Shown piece after piece: positions 29,842-42,612 of a stretch of DNA of 64,000 bases. Below the pieces are notes generated by a model that saw nothing but the letters and a program-made list of their open reading frames with translations, made no database searches and was not told the DNA's origin. The stretch's first letter is position 1. Every line of letters begins with the position of its first letter. The stretch lies in contig JBBCJC010000005.1 of assembly GCA_037189525.1 (NCBI GenBank), positions 672,001 through 736,000 on the forward strand. Direction: 5' to 3'. The translations under genes and the position numbers were made by a program. The DNA comes from Gemmatimonadales bacterium. Its GTDB lineage: Bacteria > Gemmatimonadota > Gemmatimonadetes > Gemmatimonadales > GWC2-71-9.

Positions 29842-29870
29842 TTGAGCGCTATAACATATAGCGTTACACT
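29842..29870 (+). promoter_or_regulatory. Sigma70-like promoter TTGAGC-N17-TACACT containing TAAC-N7-GTTA box 2 (29852-29866)
   Basis: Read directly from sequence; ATG of higB lies 7 nt after the -10 hexamer. Confidence 0.6.
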
Positions 29871-29877
29871 GCCGCCA

Positions 29878-30167
29878 ATGATCCAGTCCTTCTTGAATGA
29901 GGGTACTGCCGACATCTTCGACGGCAAGGATACGGCCGCCGCCCGAAAGGTGTGCCCGTCCAACCTCGTAGACGTCGCCCGCCGCAAGCTGGATCTCGTC
30001 AACCGTGCAGTACACGTTTCCGACCTTCGCATCCCACCAGGAAATCGTCTCGAGAAGCTGAAACGGAACCGCGAAGGAGCATGGAGCATTCGAATCAACG
30101 ATCAGTACCGAGTCTGCTTCCGATGGGACAAAGGCGCCCATGATGTCGAATCACCGACTATCACTAG
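29878..30167 (+). pseudogene. higB: HigB/RelE-family toxin with a 1-nt frameshift near the C-terminus (reads on to 30204 as written)
   Basis: 'MIQSF', 'ARRKLD', 'DLRIPPGNRLEKL', 'SIRINDQYRVCFRW'; restoring one base at ~30150 gives 'DVEITDYH*'. Confidence 0.8.
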
Positions 30168-30238
30168 GATGCGACCCGAAGGAGGGCCGACAGCGGATGG
30201 ATGAGCACAGAACTGCCAAGAGAGTGGCAATTAGAACG

Positions 30239-30261
30239 AAAACGCGCCCCGATGGGGCGCG
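30239..30261 (-). terminator. Terminator of the tRNA cluster
   Basis: CGCGCCCC-gat-GGGGCGCG hairpin with an A-run on its left side (U-tail on the minus strand). Confidence 0.65.
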
Positions 30262-30316
30262 CGATGTCGTTTTCGATGTCGTTGAGAATAAAGGACTTAT
30301 GCTTGCGACTGCTGAA

Positions 30317-30389
<73 letters not shown>

Positions 30390-30406
30390 GTCGTTCCTCG
30401 TATCGA

Positions 30407-30478
30407 TGACCCCAACGGGAATCGAACCCGTATTACCACCTTGAAAGAGTGGTGTCCTAACCGTTAGACGATGGGGCC
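30407..30478 (-). tRNA. tRNA-Glu(TTC)
   Basis: GGCCCCA.../TGGGGTC-A; arm CCACT-CTTTCAA-GGTGG; GTTCGAT. Confidence 0.95.
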
Positions 30479-30495
30479 GGGGTCGCTCGGTCGAG

Positions 30496-30568
<73 letters not shown>

Positions 30569-30597
30569 ATATATGTCGTACCCACTGCCTTACTCCA

Positions 30598-30670
30598 CAG
30601 GCCCGGAGGGAATCGAACCCCCAACCCCCGGTTTTGGAGACCGGTGCTCTACCAGTTGAGCTACGGACCT
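30598..30670 (-). tRNA. tRNA-Trp(CCA)
   Basis: AGGTCCG.../CGGGCCT-G; arm CCGGT-CTCCAAA-ACCGG. Confidence 0.95.
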
Positions 30671-30708
30671 AAGCCCACCTTATCCTCGCCCCACCAACTT
30701 CCTGCGAG

Positions 30709-30783
30709 GGTGGCTGACGGGAATCGAACCCGCAACCTCCGGAACCACAATCCGGCGCTCTAACCGATTGAGCTACAACCACC
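30709..30783 (-). tRNA. tRNA-His(GTG)
   Basis: G-1 plus GTGGTTG.../CAGCCAC-C; arm CCGGA-TTGTGGT-TCCGG. Confidence 0.95.
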
Positions 30784-31111
30784 ACGTTGTGGAGCCCGAA
30801 AAACTACGCGCGTAACCGCCTCATGGTCAACCCCTTAGCCGCCTAGGGCACCACCCGGCATCCCAACGCCCGACCACGGGCCTGGAACTTGCCAACCCAC
30901 TCAGGTGTGGAAAGTTATTTGACGGTCGCATACGGCAGCGGCTCGGCCGGTTTCCGGCCCGGAAATGCGCCAGATTCGACTGCGACAAAAGAACATAACT
31001 AGCTGTAAAAACAAATAGATACGCAGTGGAAGATCACCCGGATTCTCGCAAGAGGACCGGCGCAGGACGACGGAAGTAACTCACAAGAAGTCGTACACTT
31101 GGAGGACGCAT

Positions 31112-33253
31112 ATGCAGTGGCGTTCAGCCCGTGTTTGGGGTCGCGCAGTTCCTTTGCTTGCCGCGATGGTCGTGGCAGGCTGCAGCCAGGATGGGCCCAC
31201 CGGGCCACGGATTGCGAATCTCTCGATCGCATCCCCGAACCCGCAGTCCGGCCCGATCGGCGGCCTGCTCCCCCAACCGCTTACGGTACGGGTCCTGGAC
31301 CAGCGCCAGGAGCCGATCTCCGGCGCGGTAGTCTCCTTCTCCGTGACCGCCGGTAACGGCACCATCGGGGCAGCCAGCGACACCAGCGACGCCGACGGCT
31401 ACGCACAGGTGACCTTCCGGGTCGGCTCCTCGGTGGGCGCCCAGACTGTTGCCGCGTCCCTGCCCGGCCAATCCCCGGTCTCCTTCCTCATCAACGCCAC
31501 CTCGGCGCCGGCCAGTCTGGTCCAGATCGTCGAGGGCGATGCGCAAAGTGCCCAGGTCGGCAGCGAGCTCGAGAAAGAGCTGGTCGCCCGGGTAACCGAC
31601 GCCTTCGGCAACCCCAAGGTCGGTGTGCCGCTGTCGTTCGCGGTCACCAGCGGCGGCGGCACCGTCTCGGCGGCAACCGTGCTGACCGACCAGGAGGGCC
31701 TGGGTAAGATCCGCTGGACCCTCGGCATCATCGCCGGGACCCAGCTCGTCAGCGCCTCGACGGGGGCCATTCCCCCGGTCACGTTCAGCGCGACAGGTAT
31801 CGCCGATTCGCCCGCCCAGGTCCTCGTCGTGAGCGGCGGAAACCAGGTGGGTACCCCCGGCGCTGCCCTCCCAGACTCGATCGTCGTCCGCGTGGTCGAC
31901 CGCTTCGGCAACGGCGTGGGTGGCGTCACCGTGAACTGGACGCCTACAGAGGGAGCCGGTACGGTCAGTCCGAGCAGTTCCGTCACCAACGCCACCGGTC
32001 GGGCCGCCACACGGTGGGTCCTGGGCGGCGCGGGTGGACCGAAGACGGTGCAGGTATCCGTGAGCGCCGGCGTGAGCGGCACGGTCACGGCCAGCGGGTA
32101 CATCGAGTTCGCCACCATCTCGGGCGGCGGCCGCAGCACCTGCGCAATCGACGAGGGCGGGGTGCTCTACTGCTGGGGCTTCAACGGCGATGGCCAGCTG
32201 GGCATCGGTACCGGACCTGCCGGCGCCGGACCCACGTACTCGGTGCCACAATCCGTGGCCCCGGTCACCAACCAGACCTTCATCTCGCTCAACGGCGGCC
32301 GCTTCCACAACTGCGCCGTGACGTTCTCCCACATCGGCTATTGCTGGGGCGACAACGCCAACAGCCAGGCGGGCCTCCCGCCCACCCGATCGGTCTTCAC
32401 GCCGACCCAGGTGAGCATCACCGTCCCCTTCGTCACGATCTCGGCCGGCCGCGTCCACAGCTGCGGCATCTCGATCGGCGGACGCGCCTACTGCTGGGGC
32501 GATAACGAGCGGGGCCAGCTGGGCGGCAACGTCGCCATCGACACGACCAAAGGCAGCGTCACCTTCCTCTCGGCCAGCGGCCCCGTCGAGGTCGGTACCC
32601 AGGACAACGGCGACTACTACCCCGGCTATCCAGGGCAAACGGCCCTCGACTTCAAGTCGATCGCCGCGGGCGGCGTCCACACCTGCGCGGTCAACCGCGG
32701 CGGGATCGCCTACTGCTGGGGCTTGGGCCGCGAGGGCCAGTGGGGTAACGGCGGCAACGGCCTCAACCGCTATATCCCGGGGCCGGTGATCGCGAGCGCT
32801 GAGTTCGATTCCATTACCGCCGGCTACGCACATACCTGCGCCCGGTCGACCTCCGGCGCCGTCCACTGCTGGGGCGATAACAGCGCCGGCCAGCTGGGCA
32901 ACGGCGGCAACGCCAACAGCAGCCTGCCTGTGGTTGCCGGAGGAGGGCTGCAGTTCAGCGCCGTCAGCGCGGGCTATAGCCATACCTGCGCCCTCGCGGC
33001 CGGCGGCACTGCCTTCTGCTGGGGCAACAATAGTCGGGGCCAGCTGGGCAACGGCTCGACCGTCAGCCAGAATCTCCCCGTCGCAGTCGAAGGCGGCCTG
33101 TCGTTCGTCAATATCTCCGCGGGTGACTTCCATACCTGCGGCGTCACGGTCGAAGGCACCGCCTATTGCTGGGGAGATAACGAGTACGGCGCACTGGGCG
33201 ACGGAACACTGGCCCATCGCGCAGTACCCACGCGGGTTCGTTTCCAACGCTAG
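31112..33253 (+). CDS. Lipoprotein with Ig-like (Big_1) domains and an RCC1/BLIP-II repeat propeller
   Basis: Lipobox VVAGC; three 'V.V.D..GN...G..V.F/W' modules; about 7 'AG..H.C......AYCWG.N..GQLG' repeats. Confidence 0.9.
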   Translation: MQWRSARVWGRAVPLLAAMVVAGCSQDGPTGPRIANLSIASPNPQSGPIGGLLPQPLTVRVLDQRQEPISGAVVSFSVTAGNGTIGAASDTSDADGYAQVTFRVGSSVGAQTVAASLPGQSPVSFLINATSAPASLVQIVEGDAQSAQVGSELEKELVARVTDAFGNPKVGVPLSFAVTSGGGTVSAATVLTDQEGLGKIRWTLGIIAGTQLVSASTGAIPPVTFSATGIADSPAQVLVVSGGNQVGTPGAALPDSIVVRVVDRFGNGVGGVTVNWTPTEGAGTVSPSSSVTNATGRAATRWVLGGAGGPKTVQVSVSAGVSGTVTASGYIEFATISGGGRSTCAIDEGGVLYCWGFNGDGQLGIGTGPAGAGPTYSVPQSVAPVTNQTFISLNGGRFHNCAVTFSHIGYCWGDNANSQAGLPPTRSVFTPTQVSITVPFVTISAGRVHSCGISIGGRAYCWGDNERGQLGGNVAIDTTKGSVTFLSASGPVEVGTQDNGDYYPGYPGQTALDFKSIAAGGVHTCAVNRGGIAYCWGLGREGQWGNGGNGLNRYIPGPVIASAEFDSITAGYAHTCARSTSGAVHCWGDNSAGQLGNGGNANSSLPVVAGGGLQFSAVSAGYSHTCALAAGGTAFCWGNNSRGQLGNGSTVSQNLPVAVEGGLSFVNISAGDFHTCGVTVEGTAYCWGDNEYGALGDGTLAHRAVPTRVRFQR

Positions 33254-33283
33254 AAGGCCAACGGAACTGACGCGAGGCCGGGA

Positions 33284-35716
<2,433 letters not shown>

Positions 35717-35810
35717 CGGCCGGCGGTGTGCAAGCCGCCGCCCCTGACGCATCTCCCCTTCCGTCCACGTCGGCATTAGCCTCTCTCCGATCAGGAGCCG
35801 CCCCGATCGC

Positions 35811-36311
35811 ATGACGGAATACGTCGCCGAACTCTACCTCCAATACCACGCCTCCCTGGTGCGGATGCTCCATCGCCGCACGGGAGACCGGGAACGCGCC
35901 GAAGAACTGGCGCAGGAGGTGTTCGCCCGGGCCGTTGCCGCGCCGCCCCGCAATCCGCGGCCGTGGCTCTTTGCGGTGGCGCTCAATCTGGTGCGGGAGG
36001 AAGGCCGCCGCGCCGTGCGCCAGGGGCGCCGCCTCGAGTTGTATCGCGATGAGCAACCAACCAGCGCGCCGATGCCGGACGAAGAGTTGCTCCGCGAGGA
36101 GAAGGTGAGCAAAGTCCGCGAGGCGCTTGCTACTCTATCCGAGCGCGATCGCGAAGCGCTGTTGCTGCAGGCCGAAGGATTCAGCTACGACGAAATCGCC
36201 GAGGCGACGGGATTGGCTCGCGGCGCGGTGGGTACGACGCTCTCGCGCGCCCGGCGCCGCCTGGTCGAGAGTTATCGGGAACGGGAAGGACGGCACGATG
36301 TCGCATCTTGA
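35811..36311 (+). CDS. ECF RNA polymerase sigma factor
   Basis: 'AEELAQEVF', 'WLFAVALN', 'GFSYDEIAEATG...VGTTLSRARRRL'; AGGAG SD. Confidence 0.93.
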   Translation: MTEYVAELYLQYHASLVRMLHRRTGDRERAEELAQEVFARAVAAPPRNPRPWLFAVALNLVREEGRRAVRQGRRLELYRDEQPTSAPMPDEELLREEKVSKVREALATLSERDREALLLQAEGFSYDEIAEATGLARGAVGTTLSRARRRLVESYREREGRHDVAS

Positions 36312-37389
36312 TGAGGGAACCCTCCACGCCCTGCTCGACGGCGAGGTGCCCTCGGCCGACCTGTCCGCGGTCGAACGACACCTGGCCAATTGCCGCGAGT
36401 GTCAGGTGCGACTGGAAGAGGCGCGCGCCTTTCGGAATGAGGCCTTCGGGCTGATCGAGACCCTCGACGAAGCGGTGCACCGGGAACCGGTCGGCGCCTC
36501 GGCGAATCGTGACATGTTCTTCGAGTCTCCCGACCCCGCATCGTCGCTGCGGGAGACGGCTCCCGTGAGTCCCGCTCCGGCTCCGGCTGCGAAGCGAGCG
36601 GCCTCCGGGTCCGAGCAGACGGGTGGCCGGACCATCCCGCCGGTTCGCCCATGGGTGCGCTGGGGACGACCGCTCTCCTGGGCGGCGACGATCGTCGTAG
36701 CAGTGGGTTTGGGCTACACCTGGCGCGGTCGCAGTGGTCCGGACCAGACAAGTCCGGCGGCGGTCTCCGAGCGGGTAGCGGCAGACACTCGTTCATTCGC
36801 CGACTCGGCTCCACGGGACGCGGCCGGCGTCGCCAATCCGGTGGAGCCACAGGCGCAGCTTCGCGCTACGCCCTCTGAGCCGGCAGCGCCGCCACCCGCT
36901 CGGCCCGAAGCACGTGCGGTGCCGCGGCAGGAATCCGCCCAGCCGCCGGTAGCAACGTCGTCAGCTGCGGACCGGGACGTGGCCAAAGCAGCGGCTGCAC
37001 CTGCGCCGGCGCCTCGCGCTGCGGAATCGCCCGCCCTCAATCGGATGGCGGCGGCCCGCGCACGCACCGGTGATACGACCCGGTTGCTCCCGATCGAGCG
37101 GCCCATTGCCCTGTCGGAAGTGATCACCACCGGGGTTACCTCGCGGCCGCCCTCGATCTCGGCCGACTCGGCCATCCGCCTGCTGGGCGGGTCTCTCCGC
37201 CTGATCGAAGGATGGAACCCGGACCGGTATGAGTTGGTGGACTCGACCGTACGTGTCGTCTATCGGACGCCCTATGGAGAGGTTGCCCTGGAGCAGTGGC
37301 AGACCGACCGCGCCGTCGGCCATCAGCTGGTCACGCCGCCGTCGGCGCCGAGCGATTCGGTTGCTGCGTGGCGGAGCCGGATCAGATAA
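36298..37389 (+). CDS. zf-HC2 anti-sigma factor
   Basis: 'LHALLDGE...HLANCREC', one TM, Ala/Pro-rich periplasmic region; overlaps the sigma gene. Confidence 0.85.
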   Translation: MSHLDEGTLHALLDGEVPSADLSAVERHLANCRECQVRLEEARAFRNEAFGLIETLDEAVHREPVGASANRDMFFESPDPASSLRETAPVSPAPAPAAKRAASGSEQTGGRTIPPVRPWVRWGRPLSWAATIVVAVGLGYTWRGRSGPDQTSPAAVSERVAADTRSFADSAPRDAAGVANPVEPQAQLRATPSEPAAPPPARPEARAVPRQESAQPPVATSSAADRDVAKAAAAPAPAPRAAESPALNRMAAARARTGDTTRLLPIERPIALSEVITTGVTSRPPSISADSAIRLLGGSLRLIEGWNPDRYELVDSTVRVVYRTPYGEVALEQWQTDRAVGHQLVTPPSAPSDSVAAWRSRIR

Positions 37390-37534
37390 TCGAGGGCATC
37401 GATTCCGGGGAAATCCCGGTAGCTGCGTGGCGAATCGCCCTAGATAGCCTGCCTCCCCGGCCCCGAGCGAGTCGGCCGCCGTCTGGCGGAATAGGATCGG
37501 GCAGCCCGAGCACACCCGGCTCCCCAAAAATCGA

Positions 37535-37576
37535 ACGGCCCGGGTTCCGAGCAAAGCGCTCCGGACCCCGGGCCGT
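37535..37576 (-). terminator. Stem-loop downstream of icd
   Basis: ACGGCCCGGG...CCCGGGCCGT inverted repeat with a nearby A-run. Confidence 0.6.
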
Positions 37577-37592
37577 CGACGTTACGAATGGC

Positions 37593-38810
37593 TCAGAGGT
37601 TGTCGACCATAGCCTGCGCAAACTCGCTGGTCTTGAGCAGCGTGGCGCCCTCCATCAGGCGATGGAAGTCATAGGTCACCCGCTTTTGCGCAATCGTCTT
37701 GTCGAGCGACGCGATGATGAGATCCGCGACCTCGGTCCAGCCCAGGTACCGGAACATCATTTCACCCGACAGGATCACCGAGCCGGGATTGACCTTGTCC
37801 TGGTTGGCGTACTTGGGCGCCGTGCCGTGGGTCGCCTCGAAAATGGCGTGCCCGGTCACGTAGTTGATGTTGGCGCCCGGAGCGATCCCGATGCCCCCGA
37901 CCTGCGCGGCAAGCGCATCGGAGATGTAATCGCCGTTCAGGTTCAACGTGGCGATCACGTCGTACTCCGCCGGCCGGGTCAGGATCTGCTGCAGGAAGGC
38001 GTCGGCAATCACGTCCTTGATCACGATGCCGCCGGGCAGTTCGAGCCACGGGCCGCCATCGATCTCCTTGCCGCCGTACTCCTGGCGGGCAAGTTCATAG
38101 CCCCAGTCCCGGAAGCCACCCTCGGTGAACTTCATGATGTTCCCCTTGTGCACCAGGGTCACACTCTTCCGGCCGTTGGCAATGGCGTAGTCGATCGCCG
38201 CGCGCACCAGGCGCTTGGTGCCCTCTTCTGACACCGGCTTGATGCCGAGCGAACTGGTTTCGGGAAAGCGGATACTCTTGACACCCAAGTCTTTGATCAG
38301 GAAATCCCGCAGCTTGGCCGCCTCGGGCGTCCCCGCCCGATACTCGATCCCGGCGTAGATGTCCTCCGTGTTCTCGCGGAAGATCACCATGTCGACATCC
38401 TGCGGCCGCTTGACCGGCGACGGTACCCCGTCGAACCAGCGCACCGGGCGAAGGCAGGCATAGAGGTCGAGTTGCTGGCGGAGTGCGACGTTGAGCGAAC
38501 GAATCCCGCCGCCCACCGGGGTCGTCAGCGGGCCCTTGATGGCCACCAGCCGCTCCCGAATGACTGAAAGCGTCTCATCCGGTAGCCAATTGTCGACCTG
38601 GTTCTTGGCCTTTTCGCCCGCGAGGACCTCGACCCAGGCAATCCGCCGCTTGGTGCCGTACGCCTTGCTCACCGCCTGATCGAACAGGTACTGCGAAGCT
38701 TTCCAGATATCGGGACCGGTTCCGTCGCCCTCGATGAACGGAATGATCGGATCGTTGGGAACGACGAGGCGGCCATCGGCCCCCATCGTGATCGAAGTAC
38801 CGGCGCTCAT
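37593..38810 (-). CDS. icd: NADP-dependent isocitrate dehydrogenase
   Basis: '[13 protein letters not shown]', '[17 protein letters not shown]', '[12 protein letters not shown]', 'NLNGDYISD', '[10 protein letters not shown]'. Confidence 0.97.
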   Translation of the reverse strand: MSAGTSITMGADGRLVVPNDPIIPFIEGDGTGPDIWKASQYLFDQAVSKAYGTKRRIAWVEVLAGEKAKNQVDNWLPDETLSVIRERLVAIKGPLTTPVGGGIRSLNVALRQQLDLYACLRPVRWFDGVPSPVKRPQDVDMVIFRENTEDIYAGIEYRAGTPEAAKLRDFLIKDLGVKSIRFPETSSLGIKPVSEEGTKRLVRAAIDYAIANGRKSVTLVHKGNIMKFTEGGFRDWGYELARQEYGGKEIDGGPWLELPGGIVIKDVIADAFLQQILTRPAEYDVIATLNLNGDYISDALAAQVGGIGIAPGANINYVTGHAIFEATHGTAPKYANQDKVNPGSVILSGEMMFRYLGWTEVADLIIASLDKTIAQKRVTYDFHRLMEGATLLKTSEFAQAMVDNL

Positions 38811-39400
38811 TGGCGCACCGCCGCAACGTTGATGGTGATCTCGACGTCGTCGCCCAGCACGTTGCTGCCTTCCGCCAGGCGATTCCAACGCACGCCGTAG
38901 TCCAGGCGATTGATCGTGGTCGAAACGGAGAAGCCGATCCGCTGCTTCTGGGGCTCGGCCGGGCCGGTGATTCCGTTGTAGCTACCCTTGAGCACGACGG
39001 GCTTGGTCACCCCCCGCATGGTCAGATCACCGGTAACGGTCAGATTCTCTCCGGAGACCTCGACCTTGGTGCTCTTGAACGTAATGGCCGGGAAGCTATC
39101 CGCAGCAAAGAAATCCGGCGACCGAAGGTGCTTGTCCCGGTTCTCGTTTTTGGTGTCGATGCTGGCCGTCTGGATCGTCACTTCGACCGACCCGCCCGAA
39201 AGCTGAGCAGGATCGACGGTCAGGCCGCCGTTCCAGGAGCCGAAAGTGCCCGAAACGCGGGAGAGAATGTGACGAACCCGAAAGGTGAGTTCCGAGTGGC
39301 TGACGTCGATCTTCCAACTGACCGCCGCAGGGCGCGCAGGCGCAGGAACCGGGGGCGCACCACTCGCCACCGCGGCGACCAACAGCGCTGACAACATCAT
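38807..39400 (-). CDS. YceI-family protein
   Basis: 'WKIDVSHS...F.VRH', '[16 protein letters not shown]', '[10 protein letters not shown]'; signal peptide. Confidence 0.92.
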   Translation of the reverse strand: MMLSALLVAAVASGAPPVPAPARPAAVSWKIDVSHSELTFRVRHILSRVSGTFGSWNGGLTVDPAQLSGGSVEVTIQTASIDTKNENRDKHLRSPDFFAADSFPAITFKSTKVEVSGENLTVTGDLTMRGVTKPVVLKGSYNGITGPAEPQKQRIGFSVSTTINRLDYGVRWNRLAEGSNVLGDDVEITINVAAVRQ

Positions 39401-39422
39401 ACTTCGCTTCTCCGGGAAGGTT

Positions 39423-40310
39423 TTAAGGACGTTCGATCGGGACCCGCACCGAGTTACCCCACTCGGTCCAGGAGCCGTCATAGTTACGTACTACGGGGTA
39501 ACCCAGTAAGTAAGTCAGGACGAACCAAGTATGCGAGGACCGTTCACCGATCCGGCAGTAGACGATGATGTCGTCATCCGGTACAAAGCCATGCTCCCCT
39601 TCGTAGACGGCTCGGAGCGCCTCGGCCGACTTGAAGGTGAAGGTCTCGGCATCGACCGCGCGGGCCCACGGCACGTTGGCTGCTCCGGGAATGTGACCGC
39701 CCCGCAAGGCGCCCTCGTTCGGGTAGTCGGGCATGTGCATCCGCTCGCCCCGGAACTCTTCCGGGCTTCGCACGTCGATCAGGCGGCGGCCCGCCTGCAG
39801 GTGCACCAGCACGTCGTCGCGAAAGGCGCGAATCACCGGATCACGGCGGTCGCCGATCTGGATATCACCGGCGGGGCGGACCGGCCGAGCCGTGTCGAGC
39901 GGCCGTCCCTCGGCCACCCACAGCTGTCGTCCGCCATCCATGATCCGGACATTCTCGAGCCCGAACAGACGAAAGACCCAGAAGGTGTACGTCGCCCACC
40001 AGTTGTTGCGATCGCCGTAGACGACGATCGTGTCGTCGGCGCGAATCCCCTTCCCCTGCAACAGCTGCTGCAGCCCCACGGAATCGAGATAATCCCGCAT
40101 CACACTGTCGTTGAGCTCGCTGATCCAGTCGATCTTGACGGCCCCGGGAATGTGGCCGGTCTCATAGAGCAGCAGGTCTTCGTTCGACTCCAGCAGCACC
40201 ACACGGGGGTCATCGAGATGGTCGGCCACCCACTCGGTACTGACGAGTACCTCGGGATGAGCATAGCCCCGGCTCTGGATCGCAGATTTCGTTGCCATTC
40301 CTTCTCCCAT
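39423..40310 (-). CDS. Tandem-rhodanese thiosulfate sulfurtransferase
   Basis: 'GHIPGA' twice, 'NWWA', active loop 'YCRIGERS', 'YDGSWTEWG'; start may be 40298. Confidence 0.93.
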   Translation of the reverse strand: MGEGMATKSAIQSRGYAHPEVLVSTEWVADHLDDPRVVLLESNEDLLLYETGHIPGAVKIDWISELNDSVMRDYLDSVGLQQLLQGKGIRADDTIVVYGDRNNWWATYTFWVFRLFGLENVRIMDGGRQLWVAEGRPLDTARPVRPAGDIQIGDRRDPVIRAFRDDVLVHLQAGRRLIDVRSPEEFRGERMHMPDYPNEGALRGGHIPGAANVPWARAVDAETFTFKSAEALRAVYEGEHGFVPDDDIIVYCRIGERSSHTWFVLTYLLGYPVVRNYDGSWTEWGNSVRVPIERP

Positions 40311-40371
40311 CGTCGCAGCGGAAATACGACTTTTTTTGTCGGAGTGTCAAGGGAGCCGACGCGTCGGTAGG

Positions 40372-40926
40372 TCAGCTCCCGCCAAGCAGGTCATCGAGTA
40401 CCCGGTCGACCACCTCCTTGGCTTTGCCCTCGACCACGGTCCGGAGCACGTCTGCCGCCTCCAGACCCAGATTATCCGGGTGCTGGCGATCTCGTTCGAA
40501 CCGGACGATCTGGCCGAGAAAGACCATGCCCTGGGCGCCGGAGACGCCCTCCAAGCCCTCGAATGCCTCGTCCTCGGGCTGGGGCTCGGATTCGGCCACG
40601 GCGTCCTCGAAACGGGGTACCGAGGCCGCCCATGGTTCAGCCGGTTCGGCCGCCTCCGTCTCGGGCACCGGAACCACCGCAAAGAGGCGGCATTGGAGGC
40701 CCGGCGACTCCTCCTTGGCTGCCAGAACCAAGGGCACCGGCTCGACCAGCAAAGCCTTCTCCTCGATGAAATCCGCCACCTCGGGCGGCACGGCACACCG
40801 GGCCACCATCCGATCGTTGAGGAACGTGCCGAGTCCAACCAGGCCCTCGGGAACGCGCTCGTCTTCGATACGCCGGACCGCAATCGGAATCGGCCGGTCG
40901 GTCGTCGCCAGTACCAGGTCGGTCAT
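40372..40926 (-). CDS. Acidic hypothetical protein
   Basis: Plausible globular composition and codon bias; no motif recognised. Confidence 0.65.
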   Translation of the reverse strand: MTDLVLATTDRPIPIAVRRIEDERVPEGLVGLGTFLNDRMVARCAVPPEVADFIEEKALLVEPVPLVLAAKEESPGLQCRLFAVVPVPETEAAEPAEPWAASVPRFEDAVAESEPQPEDEAFEGLEGVSGAQGMVFLGQIVRFERDRQHPDNLGLEAADVLRTVVEGKAKEVVDRVLDDLLGGS

Positions 40927-40990
40927 ACTTGGCAATGTAAACAGGTCCTGAACAGGTTGACGCGCCTCCATCCTCGTCTACAATGGGGCC

Positions 40991-42604
40991 ATGCCACTCG
41001 GCTCAATCCAGGAATCCTTCCATCGTCCCGCCACCGGGGCGATCGAGCATCGTGTTGCCGCGACCGCGGTGGCGCTGGTGCTGGGGATCGGGACGATGGC
41101 GGCGGCCCTCGCCGTGGTGGCGTCTCCCCTGTTCGATCTGGACCGTTTCACCGTTCCCAAGGAAACCGCCCTGCTCGGATCGGCCCTGCTGGCAGGGTGC
41201 CTGATCCTCGCCCGGGTCTCGCACATTCGGCTCGGGGTCGTCGATCTGAGCCTGGCGGCAGTGGTCGCCACCAGTGCGGTCTCGGCGCTATTGGCGACCA
41301 ATCACTGGATCTCGGCTCGGAGTTTCGGGGTCATCGCCGCGGGCGCCACGGTCTTCTGGGCCAGCCGGTTCGTCGCGCAGCAGATCGGGCGGCGCTTTCT
41401 CCTGGGCCTGGTCGTCCTCGCCATCGTGGCCACCGCGTCGACCGGGCTGGCGCAGGCTTACGGCTGGTCCTCGCCGCTCTGGGCCGGTACCCGCGCACCG
41501 GGCGGCACCCTCGGTAACCGCAACTTCCTTGCGCACCTTGCGGTCATCGGGGTGCCGCTGGCCGGGTGGCTGCTGATCCGCGCGCGCCGCTGGCCCGGGG
41601 TGACCGTGGCAATGCTGGGCCTGGCCGTGTTGCCGGCCGTGATCGTGATGTCCCGCTCGCGGGCGGCCTGGGTAGGTTTGGCGGCCGTCGCTCTCTCCGC
41701 AGGCCTGACGCGCTTGATTGCCGGGCGCCAGGCGCCTGCCGTACCGCGCGGACGACGCAACCTGAGTCTGGCGGCGGTCGGGATCGGCGTCGTGGCCGCG
41801 CTGGTGCTGCCGAACCGGCTCGACTGGCGGAGCGAATCGCCCTATCGCGACTCGCTGCGGGGCGTGCTCAACTACCGGGAAGGGTCCGGCCGAGGCCGCC
41901 TGATCCAGTACCAGAACTCGCTTGGTCTGTTGCGGGCGGACCCGATACTGGGCGTAGGTCCCGGCAACTGGATGGTCGACTACCCGCTGGTCACGACCCC
42001 CGGCGACCCATCCTTTGCCGGCAACGACCCGATCCCGACCAACCCATGGCCCTCGAGCGACTGGATCGCTCTGCTCACCGAGCGCGGCATTCTTGGCGCG
42101 GTGGCCTGGCTGGCCTTCCTGGGGACGGCGCTGATCGTCCTGCTGCGGCGGGCTCGCGAAACCGATCAGACGACCGCGAGCGTGGCCGCGGTCGGTGTGA
42201 TGGCCGCTGCCGCCAGCCAGGGAGCCTTCGACGCGGTCCTCTTACTGGCCGTGCCCACCCTGGTGACCATGATCGCGCTTGGCGCGCTCACACCCTCCAC
42301 CCGCGACATCAAGATCGTGGCACTCGTCGGACGTCGTGCGCGGGTGCTGGTGGCGTTTCTGGTTGTGATGGGCGCGCTGACCGCCAAGAGTGTCGGCCAG
42401 ATCATGGCCATCGAAACCGCGGGTACAGGGTATCCGGTCTCGGTAATGCGCGACGCGCTCCGGTACGACCCCGGCAACTATCGGCTCCACCTGTTCGTCG
42501 CCGGCCGGACCCGCTGCGACATCGCGCTCCCGCATGCGCAGCGAGCCGCAGCACTCCTTCCCCACCACGCTCGCCCGAAGCAACTCCTCGGCCGCTGCGG
42601 ATAG
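40991..42604 (+). CDS. O-antigen ligase (Wzy_C) family membrane protein
   Basis: 'GTLGNRN', 'SRSRAAW', 'PILGVGPGN', 'ERGILG'; many TM segments. Confidence 0.82.
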   Translation: MPLGSIQESFHRPATGAIEHRVAATAVALVLGIGTMAAALAVVASPLFDLDRFTVPKETALLGSALLAGCLILARVSHIRLGVVDLSLAAVVATSAVSALLATNHWISARSFGVIAAGATVFWASRFVAQQIGRRFLLGLVVLAIVATASTGLAQAYGWSSPLWAGTRAPGGTLGNRNFLAHLAVIGVPLAGWLLIRARRWPGVTVAMLGLAVLPAVIVMSRSRAAWVGLAAVALSAGLTRLIAGRQAPAVPRGRRNLSLAAVGIGVVAALVLPNRLDWRSESPYRDSLRGVLNYREGSGRGRLIQYQNSLGLLRADPILGVGPGNWMVDYPLVTTPGDPSFAGNDPIPTNPWPSSDWIALLTERGILGAVAWLAFLGTALIVLLRRARETDQTTASVAAVGVMAAAASQGAFDAVLLLAVPTLVTMIALGALTPSTRDIKIVALVGRRARVLVAFLVVMGALTAKSVGQIMAIETAGTGYPVSVMRDALRYDPGNYRLHLFVAGRTRCDIALPHAQRAAALLPHHARPKQLLGRCG

Positions 42605-42612
42605 TCCGCGGC

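Noticed and set aside
6916..30299. IHF-like AT-rich boxes at ~6916, ~22833 and ~30287
   Set aside because: Each deviates from WATCAANNNNTTR; too degenerate to support without a PWM scan.
32100..33250. Recurrent TGCTGGGGC DNA repeats as a CRISPR array or tandem repeat
   Set aside because: They encode the CWG motif of RCC1 protein repeats; no constant repeat-spacer structure and no cas genes.
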